NCBI GenBank assembly: GCA_965371155.1
Contig: CBDUXL010000001.1
Location: forward strand, 1-52,096
Length of the DNA: 52,096 bases
Reading direction: 5' to 3'
Origin: an uncultured bacterium
Lineage (GTDB): Bacteria > JAJVIF01 > JAPKYR01
Shown piece after piece: positions 27,627-36,585 of the stretch (positions are counted from its first letter, which is position 1; each line of letters begins with the position of its first letter). Both the position numbers and the translations under genes were made by a program. The notes below the pieces were generated by a model. The model worked only from the letters and a program-made list of their open reading frames with translations, did no database searches and was not told the origin of the DNA.

Positions 27627-29750
27627 ATGAAGATGACTCTGAGAGAACTTCCACTAAAGAAAGCCTACATGTCAGACGTGGATGATGTCCTTGCGGATTT
27701 CTTCATTCCAGCTCTTGAAGTGTCGACACAATACAATCGCCTAGCCGCCTTTTTCTCATCCTCAAGCCTGGCAGTTGCTGCAATGGGAATTCTGGGACTG
27801 ATTCGCAATGGTGGCAGCATGAGACTTGTCGTTTGCCCTCGGTTTTCACGAGCGGATGCACAAACGATTCTCGTGGCCAAGGATAATCCTGAAGTATATC
27901 TGACTCGGTATATGTTGTCCGAGCTTGAAGAGCTGCAAGAGGGCTTTGTAAAGGACCACGTCTCAGCTCTAGGGTGGATGGTGGCAAACGATCAATTGGA
28001 GATCCGCGTGTGCATTCCGCGTAACGAACCCAGACGGCTTGACGATTTCAGGAACGTTGATAGTTGGGGGATTTTCCACCCCAAAGTGGGTATCCTTCAG
28101 GATAGTGAAGAGAATTGTGTGACCTTCAGCGGCTCGATCAATGAATCCGCCTCCGGATGGATGCATAACAGCGAGGAATTCAAGGTGTTCCGAAGCTGGG
28201 AGCCCGTCGAGAAGGAGTATCAGCAGTCTGACTTATCGAATTTCGACAGGTTCTGGAACGGTACTTCTCCAACAATGAAGACAATGAGTATTCCCGAAGC
28301 CGTCCAGGAGCGACTGGTTCAGCTTGCACCCAACGACATTGAGAATCTCGCCTTGGAACGCTGGACTCAAAGGCGGTCCAAGGCTCGGAGAAGACAGGTG
28401 ACGCTCTTTGATTATCAGAATGAAGCCGTTCAAGCGTGGCTAGCCAATGAGATGAGAGGAATCTTCGAGATGGCCACTGGTACGGGAAAGACGTTCACCG
28501 CCCTGGGATGCATTGAAGAAGCCTTTGCCAGCGGCGTAGATGGGGCGATCATAGCAACGCCCTTTCAACACCTTTCGCAGCAGTGGATTCGTGAAATAGA
28601 GAAATTCGGTATCGACCACGGTGACATTGTCGTGGCAGACTCCAGCCGCCCACGCTGGAAGGACCGACTTGCCGATTCGCTGATCGATCTGAGCTTGGGC
28701 CACAAGCACAGGTTGCTCGTTCTGACCACACACGCTTCCCTGTCACTGGCCGATTTCCGTGATATCGTTGCAGAGAATCGGGGCAAGTCTCGATTGCTAC
28801 TCATAGCGGATGAGGTCCATGGTCTCGGGGCTAAAGAATCTCGGCAACGACTCAGCGAAGAGTATAATGCCCGTCTCGGACTTAGCGCGACTCCCCATAG
28901 GTGGTTCGATGATGTCGGCACAGCGGCGCTCATGGAATACTTCGGTGGTGTGGTCTATGAGTTCCCTCTCGAACGTGCGATAAACACTGTAAATCCAGCA
29001 ACTGGAACCACATTCCTAACCCCTTACAGGTATGAACTGCGATTTGCATCACTGTCGCAGGATGAAATAGCTGAATACTTGCAGAAGACACAAGCACTAA
29101 TCTATGCCAGAGGTAAGAGTGAATCGAAGTTAGACGAAGATGATTGGTTTGAAAGGCTGCTTTATGCGCGTGCTGACATTGTGAAGAACGCACAGGCGAA
29201 GTACGCTATTCTAGGCAAGATAGTCGACGACCTTGGGAAGGACATTAGGTGGACCCTTGTGTACTGCAGTCCCCAACAAATAGACACTGTCGTTGGACTC
29301 CTGAACGACCGGTCCCTTTCTCTGCACCGCTTCACAATGGAAGAAGGTACAACCCCGAGCAAGAATTACCAAGGTCGAAGCGAGCGCGAGCACATCCTGG
29401 ATAGATTCGCTGAAGGTGAATACCAGACCCTAGTAGCCATGAAGTGTCTTGATGAAGGTGTGGATGTCCCGGCTGCAAGGACAGCCGTTCTGATGTGCAG
29501 TAGCAGCAATCCTCGGGAATACATCCAGCGCATCGGCCGCGTGATTCGACGCTTTCAAAGCAAGACAGTGGCGATGATATACGATATAGTGGTGGCTCCT
29601 TCAATTGAGATGCTACCAGCAGACCTGAGAGAAGTTGAGCGTCGGATCTTTGAAAAGGAAATGACTCGGTGCAAGGAAATAGCTAGAACTGCCGAGAACA
29701 TCTCTGAGGCATTGATCGCCTTGGATGATATCATGAACCGGGTTTTGTGA
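27627..29750 (+). CDS. PLD-family (single HKD) nuclease domain fused to an SF2 (type III restriction res-like) helicase
   Basis: The HKD-like motif is FHPKVGILQDSEENCVTFSGSINES. Helicase motifs are ATGTGKTF (I), LLIADEVHGL (II), LSATP (III) and QRIGRVIR (VI). The ATG at 27627 follows GGCGGA. The 64 upstream codons of the long ORF look non-coding. Confidence 0.8.
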   Translation: MKMTLRELPLKKAYMSDVDDVLADFFIPALEVSTQYNRLAAFFSSSSLAVAAMGILGLIRNGGSMRLVVCPRFSRADAQTILVAKDNPEVYLTRYMLSELEELQEGFVKDHVSALGWMVANDQLEIRVCIPRNEPRRLDDFRNVDSWGIFHPKVGILQDSEENCVTFSGSINESASGWMHNSEEFKVFRSWEPVEKEYQQSDLSNFDRFWNGTSPTMKTMSIPEAVQERLVQLAPNDIENLALERWTQRRSKARRRQVTLFDYQNEAVQAWLANEMRGIFEMATGTGKTFTALGCIEEAFASGVDGAIIATPFQHLSQQWIREIEKFGIDHGDIVVADSSRPRWKDRLADSLIDLSLGHKHRLLVLTTHASLSLADFRDIVAENRGKSRLLLIADEVHGLGAKESRQRLSEEYNARLGLSATPHRWFDDVGTAALMEYFGGVVYEFPLERAINTVNPATGTTFLTPYRYELRFASLSQDEIAEYLQKTQALIYARGKSESKLDEDDWFERLLYARADIVKNAQAKYAILGKIVDDLGKDIRWTLVYCSPQQIDTVVGLLNDRSLSLHRFTMEEGTTPSKNYQGRSEREHILDRFAEGEYQTLVAMKCLDEGVDVPAARTAVLMCSSSNPREYIQRIGRVIRRFQSKTVAMIYDIVVAPSIEMLPADLREVERRIFEKEMTRCKEIARTAENISEALIALDDIMNRVL

Positions 29751-29760
29751 GGAGGGATTT

Positions 29761-29961
29761 ATGTCAGAAGCTAGAATAAACCGCCAGATAATCGATGCGA
29801 TACGCGAGTCTACATCGGACGATCCTCTTATTCAGGAATTTCTTCTGGGTCTTCTTAACATAGAAGCCGAGCACAGCGGTCATTGGCGATGGAAGAAGCC
29901 ATATCAAGACAAGCTGAAGCAGTTCACCAACAGGAGCAAAGACACCGATGAGAATCAGTAG
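29761..29961 (+). CDS. Small (66 aa) operon protein of unknown function
   Basis: A strong GAGGAGGG RBS lies just upstream of the ATG. It starts 10 nt after the helicase stop and overlaps the next gene by 14 nt. Confidence 0.6.
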   Translation: MSEARINRQIIDAIRESTSDDPLIQEFLLGLLNIEAEHSGHWRWKKPYQDKLKQFTNRSKDTDENQ

Positions 29962-31930
29962 AATCGAGCTGCGAAACTACCGTCAGTTCAAACACGCTGT
30001 ACTCTTATTTACGAAAAAGAGCGGAACTGACCTGCATATTTTCATCGGAAGAAATACTGCTGGTAAAACGAACATATTAAATGCCATTAATTGGTGCCTC
30101 TACGAGGATGAACCTCATGTTACTGCACAATACCAAGGCCTGGAGATTCCTAATTTGTTAGCAGTTGATGAGATAGCTGATGAAGGAGAGATTCCTGTAG
30201 TTGTTGAAATCACAGTTGAAAGTGATGACAGGGATTCCCACGTCTTCCGGCGGGAGCAGGTCTTCCGAATTCATGGTCGCCAGAAACCGACATTGCAGCG
30301 AACTGAGTTCCAAGCTAGATTTCAAGGTGATGATGGTAACACAGTCATTCTAAAGGATGATGACGCAACTGAGTATGTGCAGCGTTTTGTACCCAATAAC
30401 ATACGGGAGTACTTCTTCTTCGACGGTGAAAGATTAGATAATTACTTCAAAGAGGAAGCAGGCCAGAAGATTAGGCATGCAGTATTTCAGATTGCACAGA
30501 TCGACCTTTTAGCACGAGTGAATTGTCACCTGGCGGATTTGGTGCACGACCTTGAAAAACAAGCTGCTCGAATCAGTCCTGCTTTAGAAGGTATTAGGAC
30601 CCGTCTTGAGAAGGCCAAGGAAGAAGAGGCTGACTGTAATATTAGATTTGCAGAATGCGAAAAACAGCTGCTTGCAGCAGAAGACGGAACAGTAAAATAC
30701 ACACAGAAGATTTCTGGCCTGCCTGCTGTCGAGAGTCTGGAAGCCGAACGCAAGCAGCTTGGTTCACAAGTCGAGGGACTCCAGAAGATGTTACGCGATA
30801 AGGAGGATGAGAAGGGCGAAGTGTTGTTTAAATTTGGTGTAAGACTGAATATACATGAAGCCCTAAGAAATGCAATTGCTGTGATTGATGATAAGACAAA
30901 AGCCCGTGAAATACCGCCAGCTATAAAAACCGAGATTCTTGAAGATGCATTGGCTAATGGAAGGTGTATTGTTTGCGGAACAGAACTTACCGATGTAAGC
31001 AGGATATGTGTTCAAGAACTGCTTCGGGAAGTTAGCTTATCATCTGAAGTTGCACATGAACTGCATCGAATCGAGGGCCCTTTACGGATGATGGTTGATG
31101 AAACAATGCAATTCGACAAGGGGATTCGCAAAGTCACCCGTGAAATGGAAACAATTAAGAATCAGATTGACAGCCTCCAGCAACGTCGAGAAGAGATTGA
31201 CAGCGACCTTGCGGGTTACGATGTCGAAGAGGTCCGCCATTGGCAAGCTATGCGCAAGGAGTTTGAACAGACGGCAAGGAGCCTAAGGGAGAATCGTGGT
31301 GTACTGAAGGACGCCCAGAACCGAAAAACCAAGGAAGTTGAAGAGTTACAAAAGAAACTTCACACAGAACTTAAAGCAGAGCAAGCGGCTGGTGAATTGC
31401 AATTGCAGATAGAGGTATGCTCAAGTGCACGGGCAGCTGCATACAGAGCTGAACAAGCAGTAATGACAAAAACCCGATCCTTCATCGAACAGAAAACATC
31501 TGAGACCTTCATGGAGCTAGTATGGCGAAAGTCCACGTATGAGGATGTGACAATCGAGGAGAATTACCACATCAGCGTCCACCACTCAATGGGTTACGAC
31601 GCACTGGGAACTTTGAGTGCTGCAGAAAGAGAACTACTTGCCCTATCATTCACATTGGCACTTCACGAAGTGTCAGGCTTCGAAGGACCGTTGCTGATCG
31701 ATACTCCTGTAGCAAGAGTTTCTGACAGTCACCGCGAAAACTTCGCACAAGCTTTGCTTCGCGTAGCAAAAAGAGGGAAGCAGATTATACTTCTGTTCAC
31801 ACCAGACGAATACACCAGCACTGTGAGCAAGCACCTTGAGAACGATGCTGCTTCACGACATGAGATCCGGCTACAGCAAAACGAACGGGAAAGCAAAGTG
31901 GAGGATCTTACCAATGGCGAACGTACCTGA
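29948..31930 (+). CDS. DndD/SspC-like SMC-type ABC ATPase
   Basis: Walker A is IGRNTAGKTNILNAINWCLY. Other motifs: YFFFDGERLDNYF, long coiled coils with a CxxC hook (GRCIVCGTEL), the signature LSAAERELLALSF, and Walker B plus tail LLIDTPVARVSDSHRENF. Confidence 0.8.
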   Translation: MRISRIELRNYRQFKHAVLLFTKKSGTDLHIFIGRNTAGKTNILNAINWCLYEDEPHVTAQYQGLEIPNLLAVDEIADEGEIPVVVEITVESDDRDSHVFRREQVFRIHGRQKPTLQRTEFQARFQGDDGNTVILKDDDATEYVQRFVPNNIREYFFFDGERLDNYFKEEAGQKIRHAVFQIAQIDLLARVNCHLADLVHDLEKQAARISPALEGIRTRLEKAKEEEADCNIRFAECEKQLLAAEDGTVKYTQKISGLPAVESLEAERKQLGSQVEGLQKMLRDKEDEKGEVLFKFGVRLNIHEALRNAIAVIDDKTKAREIPPAIKTEILEDALANGRCIVCGTELTDVSRICVQELLREVSLSSEVAHELHRIEGPLRMMVDETMQFDKGIRKVTREMETIKNQIDSLQQRREEIDSDLAGYDVEEVRHWQAMRKEFEQTARSLRENRGVLKDAQNRKTKEVEELQKKLHTELKAEQAAGELQLQIEVCSSARAAAYRAEQAVMTKTRSFIEQKTSETFMELVWRKSTYEDVTIEENYHISVHHSMGYDALGTLSAAERELLALSFTLALHEVSGFEGPLLIDTPVARVSDSHRENFAQALLRVAKRGKQIILLFTPDEYTSTVSKHLENDAASRHEIRLQQNERESKVEDLTNGERT

Positions 31931-32378
31931 CAGGCTCTATGTTGGCAAGGGCGACATTGAGCTCTACAACAAGCTTCAGCAGGAGTGGATACTTCGAGGG
32001 AAGTCGCGAAAGGAGCAATTCATGCTTGCACTGGCATTTGGCTTCAAGAACGGAGTATCAGACGAAATTGACCAACCAAAGGAGTTTTTCAGACGGGAGT
32101 ATCTGCGGACTGAAGATGAAGCTTTGCTCTATGCAGTTGCTATCAAAGCCAAGGGCGAGTTGGACTTACTCAGTGACTTAGAAGCAGTATTCAAGATAGC
32201 CCAGGAGTATGCACACGCAGGCATTCGTCTTCTTGCTGACGAGATTGCCGGTACTTCCTTTGGCAGCTTCGAGAAAAAGTTCGAAAAAAGCCTTTTCGAG
32301 ATCTTTGAGGAATTGACGAAGTCCAGCGACACTGAGACCGCCCCCAGCGACCCATCAGGCGCAAGCTCCGGCAGTTGA
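31914..32378 (+). CDS. Small helical protein in the DndE position (weak DndE-like pattern)
   Basis: The ATG at 31914 follows a GTGGAGGA RBS and overlaps the upstream gene by 17 nt. The helical pattern ending in YAHAGIRLL resembles my recollection of the DndE family end. The C-terminal tail is acidic and Ser-rich. Confidence 0.4.
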   Translation: MANVPDRLYVGKGDIELYNKLQQEWILRGKSRKEQFMLALAFGFKNGVSDEIDQPKEFFRREYLRTEDEALLYAVAIKAKGELDLLSDLEAVFKIAQEYAHAGIRLLADEIAGTSFGSFEKKFEKSLFEIFEELTKSSDTETAPSDPSGASSGS

Positions 32379-32447
32379 TCGAGCCTGGAAAGGGCTTGCA
32401 GCATTCAGAGTTGACAAAGGAGGAAAAGTGCAGTAAATTTCTGCAAA

Positions 32448-33452
32448 ATGCAGGATAATACTGCAATAATTGAACTTTGCGGGATTGTCGGCAAGTGCGG
32501 AAGTCTTGATGTTTTTCTCGGTTTTGCTCCCGCTAGACTTCTGCATTCTATCTCCCTCGTGGACGTTCTGAACGAAGACACAGGGAAAGGCTACCAGCGT
32601 CCCCGTAATCGGCGGCACAGTCTGGACTTCAAGCAGTACATCTCCCGTCAAGACAGTTCCACCATTCCATTGACTTTCAACCTTCGTTCTGAGTTGTCCG
32701 ACGCATGGGAAATCAGAATTGAAGGTGATGGGCATGCAACGCTCCGCATTTGTCCATCAGTGAAGTGCTTGGCCCAGGTTGACTGTCAACACCGTCTAGG
32801 TGAGCTACACGATTCGGATATACCGCTGGCTTTCATGACATTTATCAGCCTAGACCTCCGAGCAGAAATGGGGTTATTTGTAATCATCAACAGCAAGGCC
32901 AAAGGTCTGAGTTCTTCCCTTACGGACTTTCATGAAAGCAATTTGCTCAATGACCTTGCCGCCGAGTCTCCGCATCTATATATAGCTCGCAAACTAAACG
33001 AAGACCCGCAGTCTCCCTGGTTCAGATTAATTCGATATGGTGGAGAAACTACCGCTGGGCTAAAAAGGCGGACGTCTTTTCGCATGATGCAGAAAACCAT
33101 AGCTAAGCTGCTCAATCAAATTAAGTCGCTGGACATTGGGAGCGTCGAGGATAAGTACGCTTTAGTTGTTTCCTTCTGGCGTGCCGTAGCTACTGTTTTC
33201 AGTGATGAATGGCAAGATCACCGACATAACCTCCTGACAAAGGGAGTGGGGCTTTATTCGCTCACTCTCTTACTGGCTGACTTTGTGCGAGGTGCTGGAA
33301 CAGCTTCATTGGACGATCAGTTCTTCATCCAGCAACTTAAACCCTTGAAGGAGAGAATTGATTGGAACACCAAGGGCATGTTCGCTGATGCTGGTGGTCA
33401 AAAGGGTGCAGTTGAAGTCTATCAAAAGATTAAGGAGTTCGCTAAGGCATGA
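32448..33452 (+). CDS. DGQHR-domain (DndB-like, ParB/Srx fold) protein
   Basis: The motif VDCQHRLGEL is a DGQHR variant. It is preceded by GKGYQRPRNRRHSLDFKQYI and followed by FVIINSKAKGLSSSL. The start codon is moderately supported. Confidence 0.7.
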   Translation: MQDNTAIIELCGIVGKCGSLDVFLGFAPARLLHSISLVDVLNEDTGKGYQRPRNRRHSLDFKQYISRQDSSTIPLTFNLRSELSDAWEIRIEGDGHATLRICPSVKCLAQVDCQHRLGELHDSDIPLAFMTFISLDLRAEMGLFVIINSKAKGLSSSLTDFHESNLLNDLAAESPHLYIARKLNEDPQSPWFRLIRYGGETTAGLKRRTSFRMMQKTIAKLLNQIKSLDIGSVEDKYALVVSFWRAVATVFSDEWQDHRHNLLTKGVGLYSLTLLLADFVRGAGTASLDDQFFIQQLKPLKERIDWNTKGMFADAGGQKGAVEVYQKIKEFAKA

Positions 33453-35020
33453 GGGTCTTGATGGTAGAACCTCAGTATCGAAGGCTGCGTCCAGAAAAGA
33501 GAAACGCACCTAACTCAAAACTGGATGACAGCACTCTCTGGTACCCTCCGCTTGGCCTCCTGAAATTATCAAGGTTCCACAAGGACCGTGGGGACGAAGT
33601 TCGATTCGTCAGCGGTTGCGACCCTAACGTTTTTCATTGCCAGGATCTCTTCAACCCAGCTGATTTGTGGGACCGCGTTTATATAACCACGCTTTTTACC
33701 TATCACTTTGACCGCATAGTCAAGACAATCAAGTTCTATCTAGAGGCAGTCGGCGGTACTGTAGGTAAGATTTTCGTTGGTGGAGCCATGGCATCCTTAA
33801 TGCCGGACGCGGTTTTTGAGGAAACAGCGGTCTATCCTATTCTTGGCGTGCTTAACTCGCCTGAGCCACTTCGCCTTTCGGGCAACACAAATATCGACAT
33901 GCTGCCACTCGACTACGAGCTACTCGACCCGACGCTCTACGCAATCAATGACACTTTCTATGCCTACACGACCAGGGGTTGTACGAACCATTGTCCCTGG
34001 TGCGGCGTTCCCAGACTGGAGCCTGAGTATATCCCCTACATCGACATAAAGCCCATGATACTGGAAATGAGAGACCTGTACGGGGACAAGGCTAACTTGA
34101 AGCTGATGGACAACAACGTCCTGGTCAGTCCAGAGCTCCCGCGGATTGTGGACGACCTTCTGGAACTTGGCTACGGTCGAGGACAGCACACTGAGACTCA
34201 CTCTAAGAAACAACGCGTGGTCGATTTCAACCAGGGACTTGATGTAAGTCCCTTGAATAAGAAGACGATGCGTTTGCTCGCAAAACTCAATATCCGCCCT
34301 GTGAGGATAGCCTTTGACAGACTACGTGAAAAGGATGAATACGTGCGTGCTCTGGAACTTGCTAATAGACACGGGGTAAATGAGTTCTCGAACTACATGC
34401 TGTACAACTTCAATGACACACCGCGTGACTTGTATGAGCGGCTTTGTGTGAACATCCACCTGAATGAAAAATGGCTGGAAGACATGCCCGATCGCATGGC
34501 TGGAAAAATCTACAGCTATCCCATGCGATATGCACCGATCGATGATGATTCAGGAAGCGGTGCCAGCAGACGGCGAGACCACTTGACCATGGAGACTGCA
34601 GGCCAACGAGACTGGCTGCTCAGACCGTTGTGGACGCGCCGCTTCATACGAAATATCGAAATTATGAAAGGTGCAGCACATGGTGCGATCTCCCCAACTC
34701 CTACACTCGCCTGGCGAACCATAGGCGCAACATTCGAAGAGTTCCTTGTAAATCTCTACATGCCCGAAGAGCTTCTACGCAATCGCAATGAGCACGAGCG
34801 TCGCGTCTACGAGGATGAACCGAAGCGAAAACCTGGCACGGGGAAGGTGGAGGAATTCAGGAGATTTGTGCTCACCTTACTCGAGGGGGGCGGTGAGAGA
34901 TTTTGCCAGTTCCACAATGCAGTTAGCGCTAACTCCACCCAAGTTGTCAAGGCTTCTTTGCAGGAGATCAAAGATCCTGAGATCAGGAGATGGTTGAAAT
35001 GGTACCTCAAGCGAAGATGA
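33449..35020 (+). CDS. Radical SAM enzyme with an N-terminal Rossmann/B12-binding-like region
   Basis: The CX3CX2C motif is in YTTRGCTNHCPWCGVP. The N-terminal WYPPLGLLKLSRFHKDRGDEVRFV resembles class B radical SAM N-domains. There is an ATGA overlap with the DGQHR stop. Confidence 0.8.
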   Translation: MRVLMVEPQYRRLRPEKRNAPNSKLDDSTLWYPPLGLLKLSRFHKDRGDEVRFVSGCDPNVFHCQDLFNPADLWDRVYITTLFTYHFDRIVKTIKFYLEAVGGTVGKIFVGGAMASLMPDAVFEETAVYPILGVLNSPEPLRLSGNTNIDMLPLDYELLDPTLYAINDTFYAYTTRGCTNHCPWCGVPRLEPEYIPYIDIKPMILEMRDLYGDKANLKLMDNNVLVSPELPRIVDDLLELGYGRGQHTETHSKKQRVVDFNQGLDVSPLNKKTMRLLAKLNIRPVRIAFDRLREKDEYVRALELANRHGVNEFSNYMLYNFNDTPRDLYERLCVNIHLNEKWLEDMPDRMAGKIYSYPMRYAPIDDDSGSGASRRRDHLTMETAGQRDWLLRPLWTRRFIRNIEIMKGAAHGAISPTPTLAWRTIGATFEEFLVNLYMPEELLRNRNEHERRVYEDEPKRKPGTGKVEEFRRFVLTLLEGGGERFCQFHNAVSANSTQVVKASLQEIKDPEIRRWLKWYLKRR

Positions 35021-36585
35021 ACAGCAAACCCACCTGCATTCAAATAGGCCCGAAGATCATCGAAGTCCTCACAACGGGAATGTACAGCAATCCTCTCATG
35101 GTGATTCGGGAGTATGTGCAGAACTCCGTTGACGCCATAGACCTTGCCACTGAACAGGGGACTATAGACCACGAAGATAGCATCATTGACATCCATTTGA
35201 ACGGTGGGAATCGATGCATTTCAGTCAAGGACAATGGGATTGGTGTTCCTAACGACGAGGTTGAGCAGGTTCTGTGCGCACTGGGTTGCAGCAAGAAGAA
35301 CCTAGGTTGCCACAGAGGCTTTCGAGGCATAGGCCGACTGGGGGGAGTTGGATACTGCGACGTTGTCCAGTTCGAGACTCGAAGTCACCCCAGGGAACAA
35401 GTGGCCATCATTGAATGGGACGGCAGGAAGCTCAGGAAACGCCTACAATCTGGGAGAAAGACTGCCAAGGCCGCCGTACGGGAGTGTGTACGAATCGGCT
35501 ATCGACCGGCAGAAAAGAGAGAAGGTGGCCACTTCTTCCAAGTGCGCCTTATGGGGGTCCGACGTTTTCACAAGGATGAGCTCATGAACGTCGGGGTTAT
35601 TACGTCCTACCTCGGTCAGGTTGCCCCCGTTGCTTTCGACAAAGCTCGATTCAGTTTTGCCAAGGAAGTTGAGGAGCATCTTCGAGAAGTCGATGGGTTC
35701 GCATGCTATCGAATCCGGGTGAATAGTCAGCAAGTGTACCGACCTCACGCGGATACTTTTGAGGTCACGGCAAATCGCCACGGCAGGATTCACGGTATCG
35801 AGCTCCTTGATATAACAAGAACTGACGGAAGGTCCTTAGGACGCGGTTGGTATGCCAAGACCGAGTACTTGGCCTCGATCCCGCCCCGGATCGGCATGCG
35901 CGGTGTGAGAATACGCCAAGGAAACATCGAAATCGGTGACGAGTACTTCCTTGCTAACACCTATGCAGAGCGCAGGTTCGCGACTTGGCACATTGGGGAG
36001 ATACATCTGGGATACACCTTGATAGCTAATGCTCGACGCGATGGGTTTGAGCAGTCTTCGGATTACGAGGCGTTTCTCGAGCAGGCGAGCATTCTCGGCG
36101 CTCACCTCAGCTACCTGTGTCGGAAGTCTTCGAAGAACCGGAGCGGGATTGCTGCCGTCGAAAGTGCACTAGGCCGGCTGGAGGCCCTTGTGGGAAGTGA
36201 GCTCTACGTGGACGATCAACATTTGCATTGCGCAAAGGCCGAGGCGTCGAGGCTTTTGGGAATATTGGCAGAGTATGCTGACAAAGGATGGCTTCGTGCG
36301 GATTCCCTTCGAAAACTGTCAACACTCCAGAAAGCAACGGACCGATTGGACAGCAATGTAGAATTCCTGGCGGATGCGTTGGACGGCCGGAAGCTGCACC
36401 ACCGCTCTAAGCGAACCCTACTGGAGGCCGTGGCCAGAGCGGTAGCTGAAAGCCAGGACGGAGATGTAGTTACAGACGCCTTGCTGTTGCGAATCTTTGG
36501 CCCGTACCTGAAGCCGAAGCAATTGGGAAACAAAAGGAACCCGAAAGCAAAAGTGAGGAACCAACCGAAGAGAAGGAAAGGTTAA
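35017..36585 (+). CDS. GHKL (HATPase_c_3, MORC/MutL-like) ATPase
   Basis: Bergerat-fold motifs: IREYVQNSVDA (N box), VKDNGIGV (G1) and GFRGIGRLGGVGY (G2). I prefer the ATG at 35017, which overlaps the radical SAM stop (ATGA). The C-terminal tail is basic. Confidence 0.8.
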   Translation: MNSKPTCIQIGPKIIEVLTTGMYSNPLMVIREYVQNSVDAIDLATEQGTIDHEDSIIDIHLNGGNRCISVKDNGIGVPNDEVEQVLCALGCSKKNLGCHRGFRGIGRLGGVGYCDVVQFETRSHPREQVAIIEWDGRKLRKRLQSGRKTAKAAVRECVRIGYRPAEKREGGHFFQVRLMGVRRFHKDELMNVGVITSYLGQVAPVAFDKARFSFAKEVEEHLREVDGFACYRIRVNSQQVYRPHADTFEVTANRHGRIHGIELLDITRTDGRSLGRGWYAKTEYLASIPPRIGMRGVRIRQGNIEIGDEYFLANTYAERRFATWHIGEIHLGYTLIANARRDGFEQSSDYEAFLEQASILGAHLSYLCRKSSKNRSGIAAVESALGRLEALVGSELYVDDQHLHCAKAEASRLLGILAEYADKGWLRADSLRKLSTLQKATDRLDSNVEFLADALDGRKLHHRSKRTLLEAVARAVAESQDGDVVTDALLLRIFGPYLKPKQLGNKRNPKAKVRNQPKRRKG

